A DNA stretch of 50,397 bases from Gemmatimonadales bacterium (GTDB lineage: Bacteria > Gemmatimonadota > Gemmatimonadetes > Longimicrobiales > Gaopeijiaceae). The translations under genes and the position numbers were made by a program. Of this stretch, positions 19,343 through 30,067 are shown piece after piece (within the stretch, counting starts at the first letter, position 1; each line of letters begins with the position of its first letter). The stretch lies in the NCBI GenBank assembly GCA_041309665.1, contig JBFYZE010000088.1, positions 1-50,397 of the forward strand, given 5' to 3'. The notes below the pieces were generated by a model. That model made no database searches, was not told where the DNA came from, and worked only from the letters and a program-made list of their open reading frames with translations.

Positions 19343-19537
19343 ATGGCCATCTACCGCACGCTGTACTACGCAGACGTCTCCGTCGGCGTCGGCGGCCGCA
19401 TCACCATCCCCCAGGACATGCGGGATCACCTGGGGATCGACGAGGGCGACACGCTGACCGTGCGGGTGGAGGAGAAGTCCGACGGCGGACGTCAGATGGT
19501 CATGTGGCGCACCGAGCAGACGGCGGAAGAGGAGTAG
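19343..19537 (+). CDS. AbrB/MazE/SpoVT-family DNA-binding protein (64 aa)
   Basis: Tail of track ORF 18251..19537. ATG at 19343 follows a GAGGAGGG SD. GRITIPQDMRDHLGIDEGDTLTV is a typical SpoVT-AbrB looped-hinge motif. Confidence 0.7.
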   Translation: MAIYRTLYYADVSVGVGGRITIPQDMRDHLGIDEGDTLTVRVEEKSDGGRQMVMWRTEQTAEEE

Positions 19538-19548
19538 CGGGGGCACGC

Positions 19549-20958
19549 TCACCCCGGCTCCAGGTCCGCCCAGCGCACGAGCGCGCGGAGCGGCCCCTGC
19601 CCATCGTGATGCCACCACGGCGCGGGGAAGGGCGCCGCGTCGAACCCCGCGACCCGGCTCACGCCCACCTCGGTTAGCGCGCCGGCCAGGCGCTCCAGCC
19701 TCGCCCCGCACCCCGCCACCGCCACCGTCTGGAGATGGCGGCCCAGGGGTGATATCAACCGGGGAAGATCCAGAACGTCCGCCACGGGCTTCACCCTGAC
19801 CAGCCGTCCGACGCACGCCGCCCCGAAGTCCTGGCCCGGGTCGTAGATCACCGTCCATCCCGCCGCGCCCCCGTCGTGGATCTCCACGCCCATCCCTGCG
19901 GCGGCCTGGAGCTCCGCGGTCCCTCGCACCTGGTGCCTGAGCGACGCCTCCTCCCGGTCCAGCAGGCCCCCGGGCAGGTGCCGCTCCACCGCCTCCATGG
20001 CCACGGCCAGCTCCCGCGCGAAGTCCCGCGCCGACGCGTCGCCTCCCTCCTCCACGAAGACCAGCTGGGGGGACACGCACCCCCTCTGGTCGAAGAAGGC
20101 CACCGCGCCCGCCACCTCCGACGCCGCCCTGTGACGGTGCGCGTCCTCCAGCGCCTCCCTCCCCACCACCCCGAAGCTCACCCGGTGATGGTACGCGACG
20201 AAGCGGGTGGTGACGGGCGTCTTCGCCCGGAGCCCCTGCACGGCGTCGTCGCTCCCGTACGCCGTCACCACGTCGGCCTCGGCGAGGGCGGCTTCCTCCA
20301 GTTCTTCGTTCCCCCCGGGCCAGTACACCACGGCCACCGCGTCCCCCACTGCCGGGTCCACGATCCGCAGGGCATCGGCCAGGAGCACCGGGAGGACCAC
20401 GTCCCCGCGCCCCGGTTTCACCAGGGTGGGCCCCTTCACCAACAGGCTGCGCAGGAGCGCCGTGGCCCCCACCCCCGGGACGCTCCCTGCGACGATCTGC
20501 ACGCAGAGCCGGGGCCCCACCGCCCGTGCCAGCCCCAGTCCCCCGGGGACGAAGCCGTCCAGCGCGGCCGGGTTGGCGAACTCGGCGCCCAGGAGCCTCC
20601 CGAGACGCTCGCCGGTCCAGTCCCGGGCCATCCCGTCGAGCACCGCTTCCGCCATCTCCGCGGAGAGTCCCGCGGTGGGAGGAAGGAGCGCCAGCGCCCG
20701 GGCCCGCAGGGGGTCGGCCGGGTCGAGGAACCGGGCCCCTGCCTCCCCCGCCAGCGCGGCCAACTCCCGGGCGGTCCGGGTCCGGAGGGCGTCCCGGCTC
20801 CTGCGGAGCGCCTCCCCCATGCCACGCACCCACCCGGGATCGGCCTGGGGCCAGCTCAGGAGCACGTCGCCCACCCGGGCGCTCCCGCACGGCCCCTCCG
20901 GCGGCGCCAGCCCGGCAGGAAGGGACCATGCGGCGAATTCGCGACTCGAGGCGCTCAT
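19549..20958 (-). CDS. LuxC-like acyl-CoA reductase (aldehyde-forming)
   Basis: Real start is ATG 20958 (MSASSREFAAW...), overlapping the upstream stop (ATGA). The ALDH-superfamily catalytic Cys context is FFDQRGCVSPQLVFV. Confidence 0.7.
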   Translation of the reverse strand: MSASSREFAAWSLPAGLAPPEGPCGSARVGDVLLSWPQADPGWVRGMGEALRRSRDALRTRTARELAALAGEAGARFLDPADPLRARALALLPPTAGLSAEMAEAVLDGMARDWTGERLGRLLGAEFANPAALDGFVPGGLGLARAVGPRLCVQIVAGSVPGVGATALLRSLLVKGPTLVKPGRGDVVLPVLLADALRIVDPAVGDAVAVVYWPGGNEELEEAALAEADVVTAYGSDDAVQGLRAKTPVTTRFVAYHHRVSFGVVGREALEDAHRHRAASEVAGAVAFFDQRGCVSPQLVFVEEGGDASARDFARELAVAMEAVERHLPGGLLDREEASLRHQVRGTAELQAAAGMGVEIHDGGAAGWTVIYDPGQDFGAACVGRLVRVKPVADVLDLPRLISPLGRHLQTVAVAGCGARLERLAGALTEVGVSRVAGFDAAPFPAPWWHHDGQGPLRALVRWADLEPG

Positions 20959-22097
20959 GTGCGTCCACCTCCTGCGGCCAGCAGGTCTTCCACGGCCAGC
21001 GAGCAACCCCGGGGCTCCGCCCCCTCCGCCCGCCCCTGGAGGCGCACGCCGTCCGTGGACACCGTTCCCATGTCCTGGGTCAGGATATGGCTCACCGACC
21101 CGGCGTTCGCCAGGTCGAAGAACGCCAGCAGCCCGGCCTCCCCAGCGGGGAGGGGCGCCAGCGTCCCCGGGTCGAGCGCGCGCACCTTCAGCCAGGGCGG
21201 CGCCACGTGGCGTCCCGCCGCGCCCCCGCCTTCCCTCAGCACGGGCTCGTAGAGCTGGGAGAGGAGCTCGGTCATGCCGTACTCGTTCACGACGCGGCTC
21301 CGCGGGACCCCCAGCCGGGACTCCAAGGCGCCGTAGAGTGGATCGCGCTCCACGGCGCGGGCGCGTCCCTTGAAGCCTCCGGTCTCCATGATGCGCGAGC
21401 CGGCGGGGAGCGCAAGGCGCTCGCCGCTCCGCTGCATGGCGTCGAGGAGGTGGACGAACGCGAAAGCCGTGCCCGCCACGAGCGCGGGTCGCCCCAGCTC
21501 CCGGGCCTCGGCGACGCCCCGCCGGAGCGCATGCAGGTCGGCGCCCAGCTCCGGGTGGCCCACCCAGCGGACCGGGTCGCCCCACGCCTCGGCCACGAAC
21601 CCCATCATGGCCGAGAGCGACGACCGCGGCGCTTCGGCCGGCGACGGGATCAGCGAGAGGACCGCGAGGGGACGGTCCTCGGGCACCAGGTGGGCCCGCA
21701 GACTGGGAAGCGCCGCAGCACGGTAGAGCGCCACCCGTGGCACGTGGTGGCGCCCCCGGCGCTCCCCGCCCGAAGAGGTGCCGCTCGTGAGGTAGGTGGC
21801 CTCCGCCGCCGACGGGCTCCCGCACACGAGGTCCACGTGCTTGAAGGCCGTGGTCGGGACGGTGGGGACGTCCTCCCACCTCCTTACGGTCCCCGGGGTC
21901 GCCCGCCGCCGCTCGCAGAAGGCCCGGTACACGGAGTTGGCACCGAACTGGAACGCGAACACGCGCACCGCCAGGTCGTTGAACGCCCCCCCGTCCAGCG
22001 CCGCATCCACCCCCCGCGCGAACAGAGCTTCGAGCTCCTCCGCCAGCCGCGCGAACGCCTCCACGGGCTGAGCGGTGGACGGGACGGGACCGGACAC
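20955..22097 (-). CDS. LuxE-like acyl-protein synthetase / acyl-adenylate-forming enzyme
   Basis: TSGTSSG and ETGGFKGR motifs. The conserved region begins near FNDLAVRVFAFQFGANSVYRAF. The start is uncertain: GTG at 22097 is chosen, and ATG at 22217 is the alternative. Confidence 0.65.
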   Translation of the reverse strand: MSGPVPSTAQPVEAFARLAEELEALFARGVDAALDGGAFNDLAVRVFAFQFGANSVYRAFCERRRATPGTVRRWEDVPTVPTTAFKHVDLVCGSPSAAEATYLTSGTSSGGERRGRHHVPRVALYRAAALPSLRAHLVPEDRPLAVLSLIPSPAEAPRSSLSAMMGFVAEAWGDPVRWVGHPELGADLHALRRGVAEARELGRPALVAGTAFAFVHLLDAMQRSGERLALPAGSRIMETGGFKGRARAVERDPLYGALESRLGVPRSRVVNEYGMTELLSQLYEPVLREGGGAAGRHVAPPWLKVRALDPGTLAPLPAGEAGLLAFFDLANAGSVSHILTQDMGTVSTDGVRLQGRAEGAEPRGCSLAVEDLLAAGGGRT

Positions 22098-22215
22098 GGG
22101 GCCTCGCTGGCGGGGTGGGGGTGGGTCGGCGGAGGCAATGTAATGCGCCCGCGCGGCTCTCGGCGCGGGGCTTGGGGTCTTCGCAAGCCGCCCCGGATTC
22201 GTAGATTGGTGCTCC

Positions 22216-22389
22216 ATGAACACCCCCTTGGCCGTCGTTCTCGCCCTCGCCGTCGGCGCCCTGCTCACGTTCGGCGCCGCCCGGGCCACCGCCACCGTCC
22301 AGCAGGGCAAGCTCTTCGTCCGCTGGATGCTGGTGGTCTTCGCCACCTACCTGGCACTCATCACGCTCCCGGTGGTACTGGCGTTCTGA
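22216..22389 (+). CDS. Possible small two-TM membrane protein (57 aa), below the ORF-track size cutoff
   Basis: My translation is MNTPLAVVLALAVGALLTFGAARATATVQQGKLFVRWMLVVFATYLALITLPVVLAF. GC3-rich, two hydrophobic helices, no clear SD. Confidence 0.35.
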   Translation: MNTPLAVVLALAVGALLTFGAARATATVQQGKLFVRWMLVVFATYLALITLPVVLAF

Positions 22390-22483
22390 CCAACGGAACG
22401 GTGACCCCGGGTGTCACCCGTCTCCTGGCTCTCTTCCCACCCCGACGGGCCGCGCTGCGCGCGACGCCGAGGTCTATCTCTTG

Positions 22484-24781
22484 ATGCGAAGCAGGACATG
22501 GCTCGTGGCACTCGCGCTCTGGCTGGCGCTCCAGGCCCCGGCACCCCTCCGGGCCCAGGGGAGCGCGGGCGGAAGCGGCGGCGGCGAGCCGGCCGCAGCC
22601 CTCCAGGCGCTGCGCCTGGGGGACCACGCCGGCCTCCGCATGGACGGCCGCCTGGACGAGGAGGCGTGGGCCTCCGCCGTGCCCGCGTCCGACTTCACCC
22701 AGCAGGAGCCCACCGAGGGCGGCACCCCCTCGCGCCTCACCGAGATCCGGGTGGTCTACGACGCCGACGCGCTCTACATCGGCGCCAAGATCCACGACGA
22801 TCCGGACGGCATCCTGGCCCATCAGAAGCAGCGTGACGCCGGCCTGGGGACCGACGACCGGTTCATGTGGATCCTCGACACGTTCATGGACGGGCGGACG
22901 GGCTACTTCTTCGAGATCAACGCCGCCGGGCTCATGGGGGACGGCCTCCTCTCCAGCGGCGGGGGCGGCGGGGGCGGCGGTCGTGGCGGCTTCGGCGTCA
23001 ACAAGTCGTGGGACGGCATCTGGGAGGCCCGGGTGGCGCGCCTCCCCGACGGGTGGTCAGCAGAGATCCGCATCCCCTTCAGCACCCTGAACTTCGACCC
23101 GACGCTGGACACCTGGGGAATCAACTTCCAGCGCACCATCCGCCGGAACAACGAGGAGATCCTCTGGCGCGGATACCGCCGCAACCAGGGCCTGCAGCGC
23201 CCCATCCACGCCGGCAGGGTCACCGGGCTGCAGGGGCTCTCCCAGGGCGTGGGCGTGCAGCTGCGCCCCTCCGCCGTGGCGAACTGGAAGCGGGTGGAGT
23301 CGGAGGTGGACCCAACCACCTTCCCCAACGACGTGAGCCTGGATATGGGCTACAGCATCACGCCCAGCCTCCGAGCGTCCCTGTCCGTGAACACCGACTT
23401 CGCCGAGGTGGAGGTGGACGACCGGCGGGTGAACCTCACCCGGTTCCCCATGCGGTTCCCCGAGCGGAGGGCGTTCTTCCTCGAGGGCTCGGGGGTCTTC
23501 TCCTTCGCCGAGAGCTCGGGGGTGTCCCCGTTCTTCAGCCGCCGCATCGGGCTGGAGGGGGGAGAGCAGATCCCGCTCACGTACGCGGCAAGGCTCGGAG
23601 GCCAGGCAGGCCCCTGGGAGCTGGGGCTCATCCAGGTCGGCACGCGCTCCCACGAGTTCGCGCTCGACGAGGAAGACCCGACCGCCCCTCTCCCGTCCGA
23701 GAGCTTCACCGTCGCACGGGTGCGGCGGTCCTTCCTCACCCAATCCACCATCGGAGCCATCTACACGAGGCGCTCCACGGGAGCGGACGACGACGGATGG
23801 GCGGCGCCGGACCGCCACACCGCCGGTGTCGACCTCAACCTGTCCACGTCCAAGCTGTTCGGCGACCTGAACGGGCAGCTCGAGGCCTTCCTCGTCTGGA
23901 ACTCCAACCCCGACCGGGCGGAGAGCCCGTCCCTGGGCGACCTCAGCGCACGCGGCCTCAGGTTCAACTTCCCCAACGATCCCTGGAGTGGGCACTTCTC
24001 CTTCCGGGAGTTCGGCGAGGCCTACGATCCCGACATGGGCTTCGTGACCCGGAACGGGTTCCGCCGCATGGAGCCGCGCCTGGGCTGGAGCCCTCGCACC
24101 CCCAGCGTGCCCTGGCTGCGCAGCGTCGGCTTCTCCGCCCAGTACACCTACCTGGAGAGCCTCGTCACCGGGCGGGCCGAGGAGAAGCAGCTCCAGGTCG
24201 AGCTCCTCGGGCTGGACTTCGAGAGCGGTGACAACGTCGAGGTGAGAGCCAACCGCACGTACGAGCTCCTGGACGAGTCCTTCGAGGTCAGCGACGGCAT
24301 CGAGATCGAGCCCGGGGGCTACACCACCTGGGAGATGAGCCTGAACGCCCGCAGCGCCGGGCGGCGGAAGATCTCGCTGAACGGGGAGCTGTCGCGGAGC
24401 GGCTTCTGGGACGGCGACCGCGACCAGATGCAGGTGGGGCTCACGGTGCGGCCGATCCCCGGGGTGAACGTCTCGGGCGGCTGGGAGCACAACGAAGTCA
24501 CGCTCCCCCAGGGCGCCTTCACCGCGAGCGTCTACCGGGCGGGCGGAGGATGGGATGCCAGCCCCTGGCTCTCACTGAACGGGAACGTCCAGTACGACGA
24601 CGTCTCCGACATGGTCGGGCTCTTCACCAAGCTCCGCTGGATCGTGAAGCCGGGCAACGACATCTACCTGGTGTACACGCACAACTGGGAGCGGATCTAC
24701 AGCGACGACATGCTGGACCGCCGCTTCTCTTCCGTGTCCCGGGGAGCGTCGCTGAAGGTCAACTACACGTACCGGTTCTGA
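22484..24781 (+). CDS. Secreted or outer-membrane protein with a carbohydrate-binding-like N-domain and a DUF5916-type beta-barrel
   Basis: Signal peptide (LALWLALQAPAPLRAQ). DGRLDEEAW..DFTQQEP motif. Alternating beta-strand pattern. C-terminal YTYRF, an OMP-type terminal Phe. Confidence 0.75.
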   Translation: MRSRTWLVALALWLALQAPAPLRAQGSAGGSGGGEPAAALQALRLGDHAGLRMDGRLDEEAWASAVPASDFTQQEPTEGGTPSRLTEIRVVYDADALYIGAKIHDDPDGILAHQKQRDAGLGTDDRFMWILDTFMDGRTGYFFEINAAGLMGDGLLSSGGGGGGGGRGGFGVNKSWDGIWEARVARLPDGWSAEIRIPFSTLNFDPTLDTWGINFQRTIRRNNEEILWRGYRRNQGLQRPIHAGRVTGLQGLSQGVGVQLRPSAVANWKRVESEVDPTTFPNDVSLDMGYSITPSLRASLSVNTDFAEVEVDDRRVNLTRFPMRFPERRAFFLEGSGVFSFAESSGVSPFFSRRIGLEGGEQIPLTYAARLGGQAGPWELGLIQVGTRSHEFALDEEDPTAPLPSESFTVARVRRSFLTQSTIGAIYTRRSTGADDDGWAAPDRHTAGVDLNLSTSKLFGDLNGQLEAFLVWNSNPDRAESPSLGDLSARGLRFNFPNDPWSGHFSFREFGEAYDPDMGFVTRNGFRRMEPRLGWSPRTPSVPWLRSVGFSAQYTYLESLVTGRAEEKQLQVELLGLDFESGDNVEVRANRTYELLDESFEVSDGIEIEPGGYTTWEMSLNARSAGRRKISLNGELSRSGFWDGDRDQMQVGLTVRPIPGVNVSGGWEHNEVTLPQGAFTASVYRAGGGWDASPWLSLNGNVQYDDVSDMVGLFTKLRWIVKPGNDIYLVYTHNWERIYSDDMLDRRFSSVSRGASLKVNYTYRF

Positions 24782-24843
24782 GGCGCGCCGTCCGGGCCCG
24801 GCACGCGCGAGTGCTCCTGCCGTTCCTGGTCGCCTGATGCTCA

Positions 24844-24875
24844 GAGGGGGGTGGCCCGACGGGCCCACCCCCCTC
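24844..24875. terminator. Bidirectional stem-loop terminator between convergent genes
   Basis: GAGGGGGGTGGCCC-GAC-GGGCCCACCCCCCTC forms a 14-bp GC-rich stem with one bulge. It sits between the stops at 24781 (+) and 24907 (-). Confidence 0.6.
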
Positions 24876-24906
24876 CTGCATCACCCCTCCCGGAACGACG
24901 GGAGGC

Positions 24907-26484
<1,578 letters not shown>

Positions 26485-27090
26485 CTACACCCCTTTCCCA
26501 CCCGTGCGACGCCGCGCCCCGCCCCCGCTCCGCCGCCTCGCAGGCAGCCCGTACACGGTCACCACGGTCTCCCCGAAGTCCAGCGTCTTCCCGCCCCGCG
26601 GCACCTCGTGGTCCACGGCGTGCTCCACGGCGAGGACGCGGGCGAAGCGCACCTGGAGCCACCGGGCGATGACCAGGTCCAGCTTCCCCGACCCGTACGG
26701 CGGATCCGCCAGAGCGACGTCGTAGGCGTCCGCCTCCAACGCCTGCACGAAGGGGATGGCGTCGCGCTTGAACACGCGGGCCGCTCTCGCGGCACGGCCC
26801 GGCGTGGCTGACGGTCCTGAAGCGTGTAGCCTGCGAGCGGCGACGTTGGCCTTCAGCGCGTGGAGCGCATCGGCACCGTCCTCCACGAAGTCCGCCAGCG
26901 CGGCGCCGCGCGACAGCGCCTCCAGGCCCAGCGCGCCCGAACCGGAGAAGAGATCGAGGACCCGGGCGCCCTCCAGGTGCGGCTCCAGCCAGGAGAGCCA
27001 GAGGTCGCGCACGTGCTCCGAGGTGGCGCGCACGCGCTTCCCAGGTGAGGCCAACTCCTCGCCGGCCCAGATCCCCTTCACGATGCGCAT
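26485..27090 (-). CDS. rsmD: 16S rRNA (guanine966-N2)-methyltransferase RsmD
   Basis: ATG at 27090 (MRIVKGIWAGEEL...). SAM motif is VLDLFSGSGALGLEALSRGA. DPPY catalytic motif is present. Confidence 0.85.
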   Translation of the reverse strand: MRIVKGIWAGEELASPGKRVRATSEHVRDLWLSWLEPHLEGARVLDLFSGSGALGLEALSRGAALADFVEDGADALHALKANVAARRLHASGPSATPGRAARAARVFKRDAIPFVQALEADAYDVALADPPYGSGKLDLVIARWLQVRFARVLAVEHAVDHEVPRGGKTLDFGETVVTVYGLPARRRSGGGARRRTGGKGV

Positions 27091-27095
27091 GGCCG

Positions 27096-30059
27096 CTACA
27101 TCCCCTCGGGCTTGAGCAGGAGGCCGCGACGCTCGCGGCCGTTCAGCACGGCGGAAGCGGGACGGGGCAGGCGCACCAGGCGCACCGGCCCCTCCTCCGA
27201 CACCTGGGGCGCCGCGGCGAGCCAATCCCAGTCCACGAAGCCCTCGCCCGCGTCGGCGTTGACGGTGAAGTACCCCACGCCCAGGGAAACCAGGCTCTGG
27301 TAGAAGTGGGTCCCCTGGGAGGGGGTCACCTTGAAGTCCCGGAAGCCGGCCTCGACGATGATCCGGGCGCCGGAGATGTCCTCCCACTTCACCGGGATCC
27401 CGAGCCAGGGCTGGCTGGATCCCCACCGGCCCACGCCGATCAGCCCGTAGGTGCGCCCCTCGGCGGTGAGGCGGGCGTTGAAGTGGGCCACCGCGGCCGC
27501 CACCTCGGCGCTCTGGGAGCGCTCGTAGCGGTGCTGGTCCACGACGACCCAGTCGGTGAGCCCGTCCCACCTCCCGTGCCCGAGGATGGACGGGCTCTCG
27601 CAGAAGGTCCTGTCCCGGCGGAATCGCGCCAGGTCCACGTCGTCGTTGCGCACACTCATCGCCACGGGCCTGAGCTGGAGGAACCCCATCTCCGCCGGCT
27701 CTCCGCCGGCTCCCAGGGTGGCGGCGAATTCGATCTCCACGGGGAGCCGCGTGCTCGAGGCACCGAGGGCCAGCAGCTCTCGGAGGATCGGCGCCAGGGG
27801 GAACACCCCGTGCTTCAGCACGGGCGCGAACGTCACCAGCCGGACCCCCTGACGGCCGACGCCGTCGTACACGGCGTGGTTCTCCGGCGAGTAGGTGGAT
27901 GCCACCGCCGAGAGGGTTCCGTCCTCCTCGGCGGCGCGCAGGGGGAGTCGGGAGAGCGGCCCGTCGTGCTCCCAGTGCGGGGCATCGCTCCCCAGCTCCA
28001 GCGCCCAGAAGTGCCGCTGGGCGCTCGCCAGCATGGACTCCACCGACGCGTGGTCCAGGATGTGGCCCGGGTGTGCCGGCGAGAACCTGAGGCACGGCTC
28101 TCCCTCGGCCACCGTCCTGCCCAGCCCCAGCGCCACCGCGGCGATCCCGTCCTCGGGGCGCGCCGGAGCCTGGGGGTAGTAGTTGTGCGAGCGGGCGACG
28201 CCGGAGAGGTGGGGATAGAAGCGGTTCCCGTGGCGTGCCCCCACCAGCCTCTGGATCACGACCGCCATGGCCTCCTCCTCCAGGCGGTACTGCGTCGCCC
28301 CGAGGAAGGCCCGCGCGCGGTGCCCGAAGGTGGTGGCGTACACCTGCTTCACCGCGTCCATGAGCTGCGCCAATCGGTGGGCAGGGTCCGGATGGTCGTT
28401 GGGCAGGAGCCAGGTCCCGTAGATCCCCGCCAGCGGCTGTTGCGGAGAGTCCTCCAGGAGGGAGGACGAGCGCACGGCGAGCGGTCCCCGGAACACCTTG
28501 ATCACCCGCGCCAGGGCTTCCCGGGCCTCGTCGGGAAGGGGCGCGGCGAGGATGCGCCGCTGCGACTCGGCCTCGTCCTCGCACTGGAGCGCGAAGGAGC
28601 GCAGGCCGTTCCCGTCCAGGAAGGCGTCGAAGATCCCGGTGCCCACGACCGCCGCGGCGGGCACCGTGACGCGCACCCCGGGGAAGCGCTCCGAGAGCCG
28701 GGTCTCGTCGAGGAGGCGGGAGGCGAAGGCCAGCCCCCGCCCCTTGCCGCCCAGGGAGCCTCCTCCGATCTGGACGATCCCCTCCTCCCCGTCGAAGAGG
28801 TCCAGCCGGAACGGGTTCACGGAGCCCCGGTTCCGCTCGCGCCTGTACCCGTCGATGTCGCGCGCGAGGGTCTCCCGGAGCTCCTCCAGCCGCGGATAGT
28901 CCTCCCTGAGCCGCGAGCGGACCCGGGCCGCCACCTCGAACTCGCCCCGGGCGCGGAGCCAGCGGGAGAAGTCGTGGCGTCCGGAATGGTACGCCAGGCT
29001 CTCCTCGGGCACGGTCCTGAGGAGCGAGATCAGCGTCCTCAGGTCCGCGGCCCTGGCGATCTCGTGCCCGTGCCCGTCCCGGAACACGAAGTCTCCGAAG
29101 AAGAGGTGCTCGGAAAGGTATCGGCGGAGCTGGGCCAGGAAGTCGGGGGACCCCTTGAGCAGGAACGCTACGCCCAGCTCCTCGGCCACCGCCCTGTTCC
29201 CCTCGTGGGACGACTGCAGGGAGAGTGGGATCTCGGGCTCCATCTCCCGGACGGCCAGCACCAGGCTCCGCCCCGCGTCCGGGTCGGAGACGCCCCCCCG
29301 GGGGAACTGCATGTCGCTGAACACGCCCATGATGGACGCGCGGTACCGGTTGAAGTCCCGCAGGGCTCGCTCGTAGCTGGTGGCGAGGAGGATCTTCGGC
29401 CGCGCCCTGGTGCGCATGATGCGCTGCAGACGGTTCCCCGCCTCGAACTGCACGGACTCCGACAGGTTCTGGAGCTCGGAGTAGATCACGGGGAGGAACG
29501 CCGAGTAGAAGCGGACGTTGTCCTCCACGACGAGGAACACGGGGACGCCGATCCTCGTGTCCCGCTCCACGTTCAGCCGGTCCTCCACGGCCTGGATGAT
29601 GGCCATGAGGATGCGCGCGTCCCCCTGGTAGAGGAACGAATGGAGGATCCCGCTCCCCTCCATGCGCTTCTCCACCGCGCGCAGGTCCTCCCGGTCGTAG
29701 CCCAGGAGGGCCATGGGAACGCTGAACCCCTCGGCGCGCAGGGCCCGGGCGAGGCCGATGGCGTCCATGTCGCCCAGGTCCGGGCTGCTGATGATCAGGT
29801 CCACGCGCCGGCCGCCGCTGCGCAGCAGCTTGAGCGCCTCGCGCCCGGCCGATACGCGCGTCAGGTCCGGGGGCTCCCGGGGCGACCCTTCCAGGAACCG
29901 ACCCAGCACCCGCTCGTGGAGGTGGCCGTCCTCGGCCAGCGTGAACGACTCGTAGAGCGACGACACCAGGACGACGTGGCGCACCTGGTGACTCATCAGG
30001 TCCCGGTACCCTCCGGCCCTGGTGCCGTAGCGCTCCGAGAAGTCGAAGGTCGAGGGCAT
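27096..30059 (-). CDS. PEP/pyruvate-binding (PPDK_N-type ATP-grasp) protein with two degenerate receiver-like N-terminal domains
   Basis: ATG at 30059 follows a GGGAGG SD. The N-terminus has VVLVSS...DLIISSPDLGDMDAIGL and VFLVVEDNVRFYS...ILLATSYE receiver-like segments. The ATP-grasp signature is PLAVRSSSLLEDSPQQPLAGIYGT. No TSHAAI phosphohistidine swivel was seen. Confidence 0.75.
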   Translation of the reverse strand: MPSTFDFSERYGTRAGGYRDLMSHQVRHVVLVSSLYESFTLAEDGHLHERVLGRFLEGSPREPPDLTRVSAGREALKLLRSGGRRVDLIISSPDLGDMDAIGLARALRAEGFSVPMALLGYDREDLRAVEKRMEGSGILHSFLYQGDARILMAIIQAVEDRLNVERDTRIGVPVFLVVEDNVRFYSAFLPVIYSELQNLSESVQFEAGNRLQRIMRTRARPKILLATSYERALRDFNRYRASIMGVFSDMQFPRGGVSDPDAGRSLVLAVREMEPEIPLSLQSSHEGNRAVAEELGVAFLLKGSPDFLAQLRRYLSEHLFFGDFVFRDGHGHEIARAADLRTLISLLRTVPEESLAYHSGRHDFSRWLRARGEFEVAARVRSRLREDYPRLEELRETLARDIDGYRRERNRGSVNPFRLDLFDGEEGIVQIGGGSLGGKGRGLAFASRLLDETRLSERFPGVRVTVPAAAVVGTGIFDAFLDGNGLRSFALQCEDEAESQRRILAAPLPDEAREALARVIKVFRGPLAVRSSSLLEDSPQQPLAGIYGTWLLPNDHPDPAHRLAQLMDAVKQVYATTFGHRARAFLGATQYRLEEEAMAVVIQRLVGARHGNRFYPHLSGVARSHNYYPQAPARPEDGIAAVALGLGRTVAEGEPCLRFSPAHPGHILDHASVESMLASAQRHFWALELGSDAPHWEHDGPLSRLPLRAAEEDGTLSAVASTYSPENHAVYDGVGRQGVRLVTFAPVLKHGVFPLAPILRELLALGASSTRLPVEIEFAATLGAGGEPAEMGFLQLRPVAMSVRNDDVDLARFRRDRTFCESPSILGHGRWDGLTDWVVVDQHRYERSQSAEVAAAVAHFNARLTAEGRTYGLIGVGRWGSSQPWLGIPVKWEDISGARIIVEAGFRDFKVTPSQGTHFYQSLVSLGVGYFTVNADAGEGFVDWDWLAAAPQVSEEGPVRLVRLPRPASAVLNGRERRGLLLKPEGM

Positions 30060-30067
30060 CCTCCCGG

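Noticed and set aside
19262-22484. ORFs 19262..20968 -, 19876..21252 +, 20526..22484 + and the 5' extension of 19549..21879
   Set aside because: They are off-frame or antisense to the LuxC/LuxE-like genes. They are Gly/Arg/Pro-rich with no motifs.
22957-22990. GGC/GGG tandem tract that looks like a simple-sequence repeat
   Set aside because: It lies in frame inside the DUF5916-type gene and encodes a poly-Gly linker (SSGGGGGGGGRGGFG). It is not an independent repeat element or a CRISPR-like array.
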